Assembly (NCBI GenBank): GCA_023511795.1
Contig: JAIMAU010000006.1
Coordinates: 77,730-141,729, forward strand
Source of the DNA: Armatimonadota bacterium
GTDB taxonomy: Bacteria; Armatimonadota; UBA5829; DTJY01
Direction of reading: 5' to 3'
DNA length: 64,000 nucleotides
Shown in pieces: positions 40,931-51,623 of the stretch. Each line of letters opens with the position of its first letter. The stretch's first letter is position 1. Position numbers and translations under genes: made by a program. Below the pieces are notes generated by a model that worked only from the letters and a program-made list of their open reading frames with translations, ran no database searches and was not told the DNA's origin.

Positions 40931-41491
40931 GTGATAGATACCAGCGATTTCAGGAACGGGTTACACATAATCCAAGACGGCGAAATCTACACAATAGTGG
41001 AGTTCCAACACGTTAAGCCAGGTAAAGGTGGGGCTTTCGTGCGAACAAAGCTTAAGAATGTTAAAACAGGTGCAGTCATCGACAAGACATTCCGCGCCGG
41101 CGAGAGGATGGAGCAAGCTGTGCTGGAGCGGAAACCAATGCAATACCTTTACCACCAAGACAGCGACTACTACCTGATGGACATGGAGACCTACGACCAA
41201 ATCTGCGTCCAGAAGGAAGCTTTCGGCGACGCCGTGAAATACTTGAAGGACAACCAAGAAGTCTGGACATTAACCCACGAAGGCAGAATAATCGGCGTTG
41301 AACTGCCATACACTGTGGAGCTTGAGGTAGTTGAGACTGAGCCGGGCGTACGAGGCGACACCGTATCAGGCGGTTCAAAGCCAGCAAAGCTTGAAACGGG
41401 GGCTGTAATCCAAGTTCCATTCTTCATAAATGTGGGGGATAAGGTCAAGGTTGACACTCGCACAGATGCATACCTTGAGAGAGTAAAGTAG
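40931..41491 (+). CDS. efp: Elongation factor P
   Basis: [23 protein letters not shown] and VDTR. Confidence 0.98.
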   Translation: MIDTSDFRNGLHIIQDGEIYTIVEFQHVKPGKGGAFVRTKLKNVKTGAVIDKTFRAGERMEQAVLERKPMQYLYHQDSDYYLMDMETYDQICVQKEAFGDAVKYLKDNQEVWTLTHEGRIIGVELPYTVELEVVETEPGVRGDTVSGGSKPAKLETGAVIQVPFFINVGDKVKVDTRTDAYLERVK

Positions 41492-41535
41492 CCCATCTTA
41501 TTTAATCTGCCTTGGCTAGGATAGGAGAGCGCGAA

Positions 41536-42666
41536 ATGAACCGCGCAAGCCGTGGAAGCTCGGTTAGACCAAGCGGTGTGACCGAGCCTTTTCGCAATCT
41601 AGTAGCACTTGGGTGCCAGGTAGGCGGCCTGGTATTTATACTTGTCGCTGGCTACCTAATCTGGGGGCTTGCCACCAATTCGATAACCAACTCCTTTTCA
41701 CTACCTCTGCAAGACAAGCTGCGGGTAATACGCAACATCATTTACGCGGCCAAAATCCTGGGGGCAAGTGGAATAATCTTCCTCATCGCTGCCGCCATCC
41801 GCTTCTATGATGAGGAAACAGTAGGGTATTTACTCCTAATTTTTGGCGGCATTCTATATTGGGGAATTCCATCAACGTTTGCTGGCAAAATCCAGCTTCT
41901 CCCCAAGTCAATGGCTTATCTGCCAATGTACGTCCTTGGGCAATTCAAGCTCGTAGGAATAGCAGCCATTCTTCTTTCTGTGGTTTTTATAATAGGAGAC
42001 CTCTACTTAAGATTATCGGGCGTGCGCCGTTTTGTTGAACAAAAGGCATCGGAAAGGCGAACGGGGTCAGCTCTAGCAGCGGAGGAAGTAAAACCTGGAA
42101 GACTTTACCTTGCGTGCTGGCAAACACCCTACTGCCGCCCCCATATTAGGAAATACTGCAATGCTTACGAAAAGCGCAAAACTTGCTGGCGAATAAAAAG
42201 CGGCTGTTACTGCGATGAGGAAATGGTCATCCGCATTCTTAGGCAGAACCAGAAGGCAGTAAAAGGCTTCGACATAAAGTTTAGCGAGACAGCAACCAGA
42301 AGGCAGAATCTCACACCAGCTCAAAAAAGAGAACGTTGCAGGAATTGCTTCCTTTATGCAGAGCACCAAAAGCAGAAATATAAAATACTCAGCCCACTCG
42401 TTTTCCCGGCGGTTTTCCTATTAATGTTTTATTACTTGCAACCCATAAAAAGTTTTTTACATAAGGCAATTGTATTCACAGAGCACTTTGCAGAAATCGC
42501 TTCCTTCGGCGCAAGGCACGGACAACCTGGCTCACAGCCGCCGTGGGCGAATCTCCCTTCCACGGCAAATGCAGTTGAGTGGCTACTTATATTTTGCATT
42601 TATCTCGTGATTGTAACTTACTTACTAAGATTTCTCGAATACTGCATTTTCAAGTGGCAGATATAG
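41536..42666 (+). CDS. Membrane protein with Cys-rich (two-CW-like) soluble domain
   Basis: Four TM segments, then CWQTPYC-x7-C-x8-CW-x4-GCYC...CRNCFLY, then two TM segments; AGGAG RBS. Confidence 0.75.
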   Translation: MNRASRGSSVRPSGVTEPFRNLVALGCQVGGLVFILVAGYLIWGLATNSITNSFSLPLQDKLRVIRNIIYAAKILGASGIIFLIAAAIRFYDEETVGYLLLIFGGILYWGIPSTFAGKIQLLPKSMAYLPMYVLGQFKLVGIAAILLSVVFIIGDLYLRLSGVRRFVEQKASERRTGSALAAEEVKPGRLYLACWQTPYCRPHIRKYCNAYEKRKTCWRIKSGCYCDEEMVIRILRQNQKAVKGFDIKFSETATRRQNLTPAQKRERCRNCFLYAEHQKQKYKILSPLVFPAVFLLMFYYLQPIKSFLHKAIVFTEHFAEIASFGARHGQPGSQPPWANLPSTANAVEWLLIFCIYLVIVTYLLRFLEYCIFKWQI

Positions 42667-42687
42667 CATGCAAAGGATTGGTGAGAG

Positions 42688-43125
42688 TTGGACATAAATG
42701 ACATTGAACGGCTAATAAGGCTCATTAGAAACGCAAGAATCTCAGAGCTAACCCTTACTTCTGGAACATCAACAGTCAGGTTAAAAAAGCCCTTAAAGCA
42801 AGCTACGGCCCAAATGCCGAAGTTGGAACCAGGCTATGCTTTGAAACCAATAACAGCCGAAAAGACACCTGAGAAAGCTGAACCCCAAGAGGTTGAACAC
42901 CTAATCACCGCACCAATGGTCGGCATATTCCATAGCATAGAAAGCCTTTCCTCTCCTGGAGCAAGCATTAAGAAAGGTCAGACAGTCGGAGCCATCGAAT
43001 CTATGAAGTTGATGAACGACGTAGTTGCGGACTGTGACGGAATAATTACCGAGGTGTTGATTGAGGATGGAATGCCGGTCGAATACGGCCAGATTCTCTT
43101 TAAGCTCTCAACTACTCAAACATAA
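42688..43125 (+). CDS. accB: Acetyl-CoA carboxylase biotin carboxyl carrier protein
   Basis: APMVGIF, ESMKLMN biotin lysine and PVEYGQILF. Confidence 0.92.
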   Translation: MDINDIERLIRLIRNARISELTLTSGTSTVRLKKPLKQATAQMPKLEPGYALKPITAEKTPEKAEPQEVEHLITAPMVGIFHSIESLSSPGASIKKGQTVGAIESMKLMNDVVADCDGIITEVLIEDGMPVEYGQILFKLSTTQT

Positions 43126-43139
43126 AGCGGAGGAAAAAT

Positions 43140-43511
43140 ATGTTGCAAAACAATCGTGGGCAACTCTTGCTAATTGAAATACTCGTAGTGATTGCGATTC
43201 TGATGGTGATCGGCTACTTTATCGTTCCTCGATATTTAGGAGAGCGCTCGTCGTCTGAGGAAGGCACGGTTGCAGGTCCGAAGGAGCGCGCAGAGAGCGT
43301 TGAGTGCATAAACAACCTGCGGAATATTCGAGCAGCAATCGAAATGTACCGCCAGACTGGAGAAGGGAAATTTCCGACAACGCTAGCCGAGCTTGAGTCT
43401 AGCGGCGTATCGGAAAGCATCAGGAAGTGCCCTGTTTCGGGCAAGGAATACAAATATGACCCTTCGACCGGTACCGTGAGCTGCATATATCCTGGGCATG
43501 AGAGGTACTAA
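43140..43511 (+). CDS. Small prepilin/pseudopilin-like protein
   Basis: NNRG|[39 protein letters not shown] and CP...C..PGH; GGAGG RBS. Confidence 0.75.
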   Translation: MLQNNRGQLLLIEILVVIAILMVIGYFIVPRYLGERSSSEEGTVAGPKERAESVECINNLRNIRAAIEMYRQTGEGKFPTTLAELESSGVSESIRKCPVSGKEYKYDPSTGTVSCIYPGHERY

Positions 43512-44863
43512 TGTTCAAGAAAATCCTAATTGCAAACCGTGGTGAGATTGCCGTTCGCATCATTCGAGCCTGCCGGGAGATGAAAATTGCCACGGTCGCA
43601 GTCTACTCTCAAGCAGACGCAAATTCGCTACATGTACGACTAGCGGACGAGGCAATATGCATTGGGCCGCCAGCAAGCAAAGACAGTTACCTTAACGCAC
43701 CAAATATCATAAGTGCCGCAATAATTACCAGTGCAGAAGCAATCCACCCTGGATATGGTTATTTCTCAGAGGTTCCAAGTTTTGCGGAAGCATGCGAAGC
43801 ATGTAAAATCAAGTTTATTGGCCCAAAGCCCTCTGCCATTGAAAAAATGGGTAATAAGGCTAAGGCGAGAGAAATAATGCAATCGGCGGGGGTACCTGTG
43901 ATACCAGGTACGAAGGGAGTGCTTCAGAACGAGCAGGTGGCAATCAAAACCGCCGCAAAAATGGGATATCCCGTGCTTTTAAAAGCCGCCGCTGGCGGAG
44001 GAGGCCGTGGAATAAGACTTGTCAGAAACGAGGACGAACTCATTAAAACGCTTAAAATTGCCCAAACAGAAGCCGAATCTGCATTTGGCAGCCCAGATCT
44101 TTACATGGAAAAGTTTATCGAAGAACCAAGGCACATTGAGGTGCAAATCCTGGCAGATGAACATGGGCACGTAATTCACCTGGGCGAGCGCGAATGCTCC
44201 ATCCAAAACAACCGGCACCAGAAGATGCTTGAGGAAGCACCATCAGTTGCTTTGACCCCATCAATGAGGGCAAAAATTGGAGAAGCGGCAGTACGTGCAG
44301 CAAAGGCCGTTGGTTACACAAATGCCGGAACTGTTGAATTCTTGCTTGACGAAAAGAAAAACTTTTACTTCATGGAAATGAATACTCGCGTCCAAGTGGA
44401 GCATCCGGTCACCGAGGCAGTGAGCGGCATTGATATCGTAAAAGAGCAAATCCGAATTGCCGCAGGTGAAAAGCTTAGCTTCAACCAGAAGGACATCCAG
44501 CTTAAGGGGCATGCAATAGAATGCCGAATCACCGCTGAGGACCCCGAACGAGACTTCGCCCCAGCCTCAGGCAAGATTGAGGGGTTGATACTTCCCGGTG
44601 GATTAGGCGTTCGCATTGACACTCATATATATCCGGGTTATGTCGTTCCTCCCTACTATGACTCCTTACTTGCAAAGCTAATCGTGTGGGATAATGATCG
44701 AAATGGCGCAATAAACCGCATGGCAAGATGCTTATCCGAGTTTACCATTGAAGGCCTTAAGACAAACATACCATTCCATATGAAAATTATGAAGAATGCG
44801 GATTATCGCCGAGGAAATTTATCTACAAGCTTTATTCGGCGCATATTAGAAGAAAGCGGATAA
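43511..44863 (+). CDS. accC: Acetyl-CoA carboxylase, biotin carboxylase subunit
   Basis: [31 protein letters not shown] and YDSLLAK. Confidence 0.97.
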   Translation: MFKKILIANRGEIAVRIIRACREMKIATVAVYSQADANSLHVRLADEAICIGPPASKDSYLNAPNIISAAIITSAEAIHPGYGYFSEVPSFAEACEACKIKFIGPKPSAIEKMGNKAKAREIMQSAGVPVIPGTKGVLQNEQVAIKTAAKMGYPVLLKAAAGGGGRGIRLVRNEDELIKTLKIAQTEAESAFGSPDLYMEKFIEEPRHIEVQILADEHGHVIHLGERECSIQNNRHQKMLEEAPSVALTPSMRAKIGEAAVRAAKAVGYTNAGTVEFLLDEKKNFYFMEMNTRVQVEHPVTEAVSGIDIVKEQIRIAAGEKLSFNQKDIQLKGHAIECRITAEDPERDFAPASGKIEGLILPGGLGVRIDTHIYPGYVVPPYYDSLLAKLIVWDNDRNGAINRMARCLSEFTIEGLKTNIPFHMKIMKNADYRRGNLSTSFIRRILEESG

Positions 44864-44894
44864 GGAAAAACCATACCAACCAGGCAGCAACGCA

Positions 44895-45344
44895 ATGGGT
44901 ACTAAAAGCAGAAGAGCAGCCAGGGAGCTGGCACTGAATGTTCTCTATCAAGTTGATATTGCGCGAATACTGCCTCAAGAAGCACTAGATACTGCCCTAA
45001 AAAATGCAAAACTTGAGGAAAGCAGTGCAAAGTTCGCAGAAGAACTAGTCAAAGGCACCTTAGAACACTTAAAAGAGATTGATGAACGCCTTAAGCGCCT
45101 GTCCGTCGGCTGGGAACTTCAACGTCAACCCGCTGTAGATCGGAATATCCTCCGGATGGCGATTTTCGAGATACTCTATCTAGATCAAATACCACCGAGC
45201 GTCTCAATTAACGAGGCTGTTGAGCTAGCCAAGAAATATAGCACTGAAGATTCTGGACGCTTCGTGAACGGAGTTCTCGGAGCCTTGTTACGTGAGCAAG
45301 GAATCAAAATTGGGGAGCAACAAAATGAGGGCCAAAATTCTTGA
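44895..45344 (+). CDS. nusB: Transcription antitermination factor NusB
   Basis: RRAARELA, VDRNILR, INEAVELAK and FVNGVL. Confidence 0.97.
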   Translation: MGTKSRRAARELALNVLYQVDIARILPQEALDTALKNAKLEESSAKFAEELVKGTLEHLKEIDERLKRLSVGWELQRQPAVDRNILRMAIFEILYLDQIPPSVSINEAVELAKKYSTEDSGRFVNGVLGALLREQGIKIGEQQNEGQNS

Positions 45345-46188
45345 TGGATTAGCAACTGCTAAGACTATTAGAGAAGAGGTAAAAGCCGGCGTTGAGAAAT
45401 TAATCGCCGAGCATGGGATAGTGCCCAATCTCGCGGTAGTCATCGTCGGCGAAGACCCTGCATCTAAAGTGTACGTAAACATGAAAAGAAAGGCCGCTAT
45501 AGCGGCAGGAATGCTTTCGACTGTTCATGAACTGCCGGCAGACTCGACACAAGAAAAGGTCGAAGACGTCGTCAAGAAGCTTAGCGCCGACCCAAGCATT
45601 CATGGCGTTATGGTTCAGCATCCAGTTCCAAAGCACTTGAACGAACAAAGCATCCTTGATGCCGTTGCTCCAGAAAAAGATGTTGACGGAATCAGCCGAT
45701 ACAGCTTGGGAAGCCTGGTGACTGGAGACCCTTTGTTCGTAGCAGCAACTCCTGCAGGCATTATTGAGCTACTCGACCGATATAATATTCCAATAGAAGG
45801 ACAGCATGCAGTTGTAGTCGGCCGAAGCATAATCCTTGGCAAACCGGTCGCGCTTTATCTCCTCAACCGCCATGCAACGGTGACCATATGCCACACACGC
45901 ACACGAGACCTGCCGGAGATAACAAAGCAGGCAGACATCCTCGTGGCAGCGGTGGGCAAACCGGAAATGATAACGGGCGATATGATTAAAGAAGGCGCAA
46001 TTGTCATTGACGCAGGATACAACAAGGTCGAAGGTCGCGATAAGGATGTTGGCGACGTGAACTTCGAACAAGCAGCGGAAAAGGCATCTTGGATTACGCC
46101 TGTTCCTGGTGGTGTCGGTCCAATGACGATTGCAATGCTATTGAGAAACACTCTAAAAGCAGCTAGCCGAATGGTAGAACGCAAATAG
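45325..46188 (+). CDS. folD: Methylenetetrahydrofolate dehydrogenase/cyclohydrolase
   Basis: EKDVDG, VGRSIILGKP and TPVPGGVGPMT. Confidence 0.97.
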   Translation: MRAKILDGLATAKTIREEVKAGVEKLIAEHGIVPNLAVVIVGEDPASKVYVNMKRKAAIAAGMLSTVHELPADSTQEKVEDVVKKLSADPSIHGVMVQHPVPKHLNEQSILDAVAPEKDVDGISRYSLGSLVTGDPLFVAATPAGIIELLDRYNIPIEGQHAVVVGRSIILGKPVALYLLNRHATVTICHTRTRDLPEITKQADILVAAVGKPEMITGDMIKEGAIVIDAGYNKVEGRDKDVGDVNFEQAAEKASWITPVPGGVGPMTIAMLLRNTLKAASRMVERK

Positions 46189-46198
46189 CTTTTTGCTA

Positions 46199-47095
46199 AT
46201 GACTAACAAAACCTTAGATCTGCAAGCATATTTTTCGGAAAAGCGCAAGCAAATAGAAGCCGCCCTCGACAGGTTTCTGCCACAAGAGGACCGGTACCCA
46301 CAAATCCTCTTCCGCGCAATGAGATATAGCGTCTTAGATGGTGGCAAGCGGATAAGGCCAGTCCTCGTGTTGGCGGCATGCGAAGCTGTAGGCGGTGATT
46401 CCGAAAAAGCCTTGCCTACAGCATGCGCCGTTGAATTCATCCATTCCTTCTCCTTGATTCACGATGACCTCCCTGCATTAGACAACGATGACTTCCGAAG
46501 AGGCAAGCCTACCAATCACAAGGTCTTTGGAGAAGCCATGGCAATACTTGCAGGAGATGCGCTCCTGGCGCTTGCATTTGAAACAATCACCAAAACGGAA
46601 GGGGTGCCTGCAAACACAATACTTGATGTAACGAGGCGGATTGCCGCCGCTGCTGGCACTGGAGGTATGGTTGTCGGTCAAGTTGTAGATATGGAGTCTG
46701 AGGGCAGAAAAATTGAGCTTGAAACGCTCGAATTCATGCATTCCCACAAAACTGGCGCATTAATCGAGGCGTGCATTGTTTGCGGAGGGCTTCTAGGCGG
46801 AGCAACTTCCGAACAGTTGGCGGAGCTGAGCCTTTATGGGCAAAAGATTGGTCTCGCGTTTCAAATTGTTGATGATATCCTCGACCTAGAAGGCGAACAA
46901 GAGAAGCTCGGCAAGACAGTTGGAAGCGACCTGCGCAAGCAAAAATCAACCTTTCCTGCAATACTTGGCTTGGAAAAATCAAAAGAAAAGGCTCTGCAAG
47001 TCACCCAAGAAGCCTTAAAAGCGGTAGAAAACTTCGACACGCGTGCAGAACCGCTCCGCGCTATTGCACGATTCATAGTTGAACGCAAGACATAA
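46199..47095 (+). CDS. ispA: Farnesyl/geranylgeranyl diphosphate synthase
   Basis: GGKRIRP, HDDLPALDNDDFRRG, KTG and FQIVDDILD. Confidence 0.95.
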   Translation: MTNKTLDLQAYFSEKRKQIEAALDRFLPQEDRYPQILFRAMRYSVLDGGKRIRPVLVLAACEAVGGDSEKALPTACAVEFIHSFSLIHDDLPALDNDDFRRGKPTNHKVFGEAMAILAGDALLALAFETITKTEGVPANTILDVTRRIAAAAGTGGMVVGQVVDMESEGRKIELETLEFMHSHKTGALIEACIVCGGLLGGATSEQLAELSLYGQKIGLAFQIVDDILDLEGEQEKLGKTVGSDLRKQKSTFPAILGLEKSKEKALQVTQEALKAVENFDTRAEPLRAIARFIVERKT

Positions 47096-47185
47096 AGTTA
47101 AGCAACGAAATTCTCTTCAAGAAAAGCTATGAATTAACACACTAGGCGCTGGTCTACGCTTTTCTGCAGAGGTGTCGAACTAAGA

Positions 47186-49279
47186 ATGTCGCAAAAGAAC
47201 GCAAGTTTCCTACGCCGAGAAGTACTGCCAATAGGGCTTGTTTTCCTTGCGGCAGTGACGCTTCGGGCTGTATACCTGTTGGAATACAAGGCACATATCC
47301 CCTACTATTACCGCGTTACCCTAGACTCCGCTTACTATGACGCATGGGCGCAGAGGGTCGCCGAGGGAAAAGGATATGGGCCGATGCCATTCTATATGGC
47401 GCCGCTTTACCCCTATTTTTTAGCACTAATTTACAAAATCGCTGGGCACAACTATCCTATTATTTATCTACTTCAGGCGGTGCTAGGCACTATAAACACA
47501 ATTCTTGTCTACATCATCGGGAGAAAGCTTCTAAGCCGAGCGGTCGGTCTTGTTGCTTCTGGACTACTGCTCATTTACTCGCCACTAATCTATCTTGAGA
47601 CCAAGCTTCTTACTGAGATACTTGCCATAACTTTGAATCTAGCCTCAATTTCCGCTCTGATTTATGCCACCGAGCGGCAATCAGCTAGCAGGTTTCTAGC
47701 CTCAGGACTGGCTTTCGGAATTAGCGCTTTATGCCGCCCTGCTGCCCTCATAATGGCCCTGCTCGCAGTTCTATGGCTCTTGCTAAAGTACAAACGCAAT
47801 AACCAAACAATCTGCTACACTGCAATCCTGCTAGTTGGCGTGGTGATTCCGATTATCCCAGTTACTGCTCGGAATTACTTTATAGGCAAGGACTTTGCCT
47901 TGCTTTCCACAAATGCAGGAATCGTGTTTGCCCAAGGGAACAGCGAATATGCAACCGGAATATCCACTCCGCTACCAGGGTTTAGCGGCACAATTCTTAC
48001 CCAACAGCAGGAGGAAATGGCTCAGGCATCGAGTGCACTCGGCAGGCAAGTCAAGCCATCCGAGTCATCGGCATATTGGTTCAGGCTCGCCTTGAGCTTC
48101 ATTTGCAAGCACCCATTCGAGTACCTGAAACTTCTTGGCCGCAAAGTCATCTGGTCGCTCCACAACCGCGAATCTCCCTGCAGTTATAATATTTATTATG
48201 AGCGCGAATATGTTCCTATTCTTCGCTGGCTTGCTTTGCCATTTCCCTTCCTTGCCGGACTCGGGTTATTTGGATGGAAAAGATTGCGCGATCGACAGGT
48301 CAGCATTCTTGGTCTATACATACTTTCGATTTTCTTAAGCCTAATGATTTTTTCCGTAAGTTCTAGATATCGTGCGCCGATGGTCCCGGCATTAGCAATT
48401 TTTTCTAGCTATGGGCTACTAGAAGCAACCAAGCTTGTTTTAAGAAGGAACATCCGCGGCATTATTTGCTTCATATTGTGCATCACTCTGATGTTTTTAC
48501 CTTCACTAGTGCGTTTCCCAACCCCCACAGTGACAGCAGAAGCGCCGACTAATATGGGATGGAGCTACATGGAGCAGGGCAAAGTCAAAGAGGCGATAGT
48601 CCAGTTCAAAAGGGCGCTGGAAATGAATCCAGAATTCTCACATGCGCATAACAACTTGGGCATTGCGTTAGCAAGACAGGGCAAAATTGACGAAGCCATC
48701 GCTGAATATGAGAAAGCCTTAAGACTCACACCCAACTACCCTGAAGCACATTTCAACCTTGGCGACGCACTTGTGCGCAAGGGCAGGCTCGATGATGCAA
48801 TCGCCCACTACCAAGCATCAATCCGGCTTAGGCCAGACTATGCCCCAACGCACGTTCACCTTGGCAACGCCCTACTTTTAAAAGGTCTGTACGACGAAGC
48901 AATTGCCAACTATCAAAAAGCACTCCAACTTGACCCAGAAGTGCCGGATGCGCGACACAATCTGGAGGTCGCCATTGCCACCAAAAATCTGCTTGAGGGT
49001 TCAAGCAAAAAGTCAAAGCAGAATCTGGCAATAGAACACTACAACAGAGCGAATGGCTTACTACGTGAAGGCAAGTTTGATGAAGCTGTAAAGGAATATA
49101 AGAAGGCATTGGCTTTTGATCCAAAATTTGGCCGTGCACACAACAACCTTGCGGTAGCGCTTTTTATGTCAGGACGATATGCGGAAGCATGGAACGAGGT
49201 CATGCTCGCAAAGAAATATGGCGCCGAGCCAAATCCCAACTTCCTTAGGGGACTATCAAAAAAGATGCCACAACCCTGA
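47186..49279 (+). CDS. ArnT/PMT_2-like (GT-C) membrane glycosyltransferase with C-terminal TPRs
   Basis: First loop LDSAYYD...PLYPYFL, many TM segments, late RYR motif, followed by a TPR array. Confidence 0.8.
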   Translation: MSQKNASFLRREVLPIGLVFLAAVTLRAVYLLEYKAHIPYYYRVTLDSAYYDAWAQRVAEGKGYGPMPFYMAPLYPYFLALIYKIAGHNYPIIYLLQAVLGTINTILVYIIGRKLLSRAVGLVASGLLLIYSPLIYLETKLLTEILAITLNLASISALIYATERQSASRFLASGLAFGISALCRPAALIMALLAVLWLLLKYKRNNQTICYTAILLVGVVIPIIPVTARNYFIGKDFALLSTNAGIVFAQGNSEYATGISTPLPGFSGTILTQQQEEMAQASSALGRQVKPSESSAYWFRLALSFICKHPFEYLKLLGRKVIWSLHNRESPCSYNIYYEREYVPILRWLALPFPFLAGLGLFGWKRLRDRQVSILGLYILSIFLSLMIFSVSSRYRAPMVPALAIFSSYGLLEATKLVLRRNIRGIICFILCITLMFLPSLVRFPTPTVTAEAPTNMGWSYMEQGKVKEAIVQFKRALEMNPEFSHAHNNLGIALARQGKIDEAIAEYEKALRLTPNYPEAHFNLGDALVRKGRLDDAIAHYQASIRLRPDYAPTHVHLGNALLLKGLYDEAIANYQKALQLDPEVPDARHNLEVAIATKNLLEGSSKKSKQNLAIEHYNRANGLLREGKFDEAVKEYKKALAFDPKFGRAHNNLAVALFMSGRYAEAWNEVMLAKKYGAEPNPNFLRGLSKKMPQP

Positions 49280-49353
49280 GCGCATGGCCCTGAAGCTTCT
49301 AGCTGGAGAAAAGGAAGTCTTGCCAGCTACGCTCACGCTGAACCCACTGCGCG

Positions 49354-51456
49354 CTAGTTAGCAACCGGACAGTGAGCTTCGTAATTTCGCAATCTCATCT
49401 CGATTTCGGGTGCAGCCGGTGAGCCCTGAGTTATAGCGAGCTGAAGCGCTCTGCGGGCCGTGGATATAGCTTGGTCATAGCGGCCAGCGGCGGCATAGGC
49501 GGCTGCAAGCGTATCCAGCAAACCCGAATCCTCATATCTGACGGCCTCGCATGCCGCTTTCGCCAGTTTTATCGCCTCTAGCGCATCGCGGTAAGTAGGC
49601 TTCTTCTGGGTTGCTAGCAACCAAGCCAGATTGTTCTTCGCCTCAGGCCAGTTTGGGCGAAGCTTTAATGCAACTCGGCAACTTTCAATTGCCTCACGCA
49701 CTTTTCCTAGCTCCCCCAATGTTATGGACAAATTATAATGTGCATCCGGCAGGAAAGGATCGAGTTCAATCGCCTTTTTATAACTCTCAACTGCCGCTCC
49801 CGATTTACCCTTTATGCCCAGAAGGATACCTAGATTGATGTGTGCTTGTGCATAATCCGGCTTCGCCATTAGAGCCTTATTGAAGTGCATGGCCGCTTCA
49901 TCAAGCCTTCCCTGCTTTAGAAGAAGTCCTCCGTAGTTGTTATGAGCCCGCGCATGCCTGGGATCTATTTTCAAAGCTTTTTGGAAATGAAAAGCGGCTT
50001 TTTCAAAGTCCATGCTTTCAAAATATGCAATTGCCAGATTATGATGTACATCTGCCCAAGTAGGTTCGATTCTCAATGCCTTCTTGAAATGCTTGATTGC
50101 CTGAGCATGTTTCCCTAGAGCGGTTAATGCAAGGCCAAGGTTGTTTTCGGCAACTGGATTTTCCTTTGTCACTTTTAGGGCATGGCTGAACAACGTCACG
50201 CTATCTCGCCAATGCGTCACTTGCCTTAATGTCGTTGCCGCTAGAATTATGACAAGAACACAAGCTACTGCTGAGAGAATAAGATTTCGTCTGACATCTG
50301 CTGTCTGGCACTTTATCCCAACCTGCTTGCCAGTTCGGATAGATTCAATTAAATCAGGGATTCCCCACGCTAGAATAACAAACAAGCCAATCAATGGTAT
50401 ATATGTGTATCTATCTGCCATCGCCTGCCAACCAACCTGGACAAGGCCAATCACAGGAACTAAAGTGCCCAAATACCAGAACCACCCAAACACAAGATAT
50501 GGCCGTCTTCGGGACTGCCAGAGCACCAAGGCAGTAATGGCAACAATAATCACAAGCGCACCCACCATTTTCCAAGTAACTATTACGGTTGGGTATGGAT
50601 AAAAGACCGATAGGCCGCTTGGAATTATCATCTTGCCAATATATGAGACATAGGAGATTAATGCATTGCCTATGCGCATTCCAACCGGGTAACGCTCCAG
50701 CGTGGCGACACTGAGGCCCTTCTGCTGAGCGATATACGTGACTATTGCAGAACTAATGGTAAGCCCAAAAAGGGGTATTTTCTCAACCAATAGTTTCTTA
50801 TTTGTAAGCGTAGAGAACAACGAGTGATTAGCAGCGCTAAAACGGCGAAGAGGCCAGAAATCCATGAGGAGAAGAACGAATGGGAGCGTCAAAACCATGG
50901 GCTTTGCCATCAATCCAAGAGCAAAGAAAGCGATAACTGGGATATAAGTTGCAATCCTAGGAGATTGAACATATCGGATGTAGGCTAATATCGCAATCAT
51001 CCAAAAAAGGGTGCTTAGAACATCCTTTCTCTCTGCTACCCAGGCAATCGACTCAACATGAAGCGGATGCACGGCAAACAAAGCCGCAACAAACCCACTC
51101 TTCCAAATCGACCCAGTAAGAATGCTAAAAATACCAAAAAGCAATAGCGTGTTTGCTATGTGTATAAGCAAACTTACGAGGTGGTGACCTATGGGATTCA
51201 AGCCGAAAAGCTGGCAGTCGAGCATGTGAGACAACCATGTAATAGGATGCCAGTTGCTTTCGTGCATTGTGGTGAACGCCCAGCCAACGTTTGCAAGCGT
51301 AAAGCCCCCCCTAACATGACTGTTGTCTGTCACATATTCGTCGTCGTCATAATTTATAAAGCCATTGCCGAATAGAGGCACAAAAGCAACGATGGCTACA
51401 AGCACAAGCAAACATCCAACCAAATATGACCTATACATTTTGACAAAGCCATCCAT
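49354..51456 (-). CDS. TMTC-like GT-C membrane protein with TPRs (paralogue 4 in transcription order)
   Basis: NYDDDEYV, WHPITW, HPLHVESIAWVAERKD, AKPM and ADRYTYIP, then TPRs. Confidence 0.85.
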   Translation of the reverse strand: MDGFVKMYRSYLVGCLLVLVAIVAFVPLFGNGFINYDDDEYVTDNSHVRGGFTLANVGWAFTTMHESNWHPITWLSHMLDCQLFGLNPIGHHLVSLLIHIANTLLLFGIFSILTGSIWKSGFVAALFAVHPLHVESIAWVAERKDVLSTLFWMIAILAYIRYVQSPRIATYIPVIAFFALGLMAKPMVLTLPFVLLLMDFWPLRRFSAANHSLFSTLTNKKLLVEKIPLFGLTISSAIVTYIAQQKGLSVATLERYPVGMRIGNALISYVSYIGKMIIPSGLSVFYPYPTVIVTWKMVGALVIIVAITALVLWQSRRRPYLVFGWFWYLGTLVPVIGLVQVGWQAMADRYTYIPLIGLFVILAWGIPDLIESIRTGKQVGIKCQTADVRRNLILSAVACVLVIILAATTLRQVTHWRDSVTLFSHALKVTKENPVAENNLGLALTALGKHAQAIKHFKKALRIEPTWADVHHNLAIAYFESMDFEKAAFHFQKALKIDPRHARAHNNYGGLLLKQGRLDEAAMHFNKALMAKPDYAQAHINLGILLGIKGKSGAAVESYKKAIELDPFLPDAHYNLSITLGELGKVREAIESCRVALKLRPNWPEAKNNLAWLLATQKKPTYRDALEAIKLAKAACEAVRYEDSGLLDTLAAAYAAAGRYDQAISTARRALQLAITQGSPAAPEIEMRLRNYEAHCPVAN

Positions 51457-51623
51457 TCCGCGAGCAAACCTCCCTTAGCCTTTGGATATGTGGTAAATGA
51501 AATCCTCAAAAGGGATTTTAGCTTGTTTCGAATTTAATTTCGTGGTGCCTGAAAAATGCCAACCGCCTTGCCGAACCCCACTTCAAGAATAAGGTTTGCG
51601 ACATCTTAATCTCCCTAATCAAT

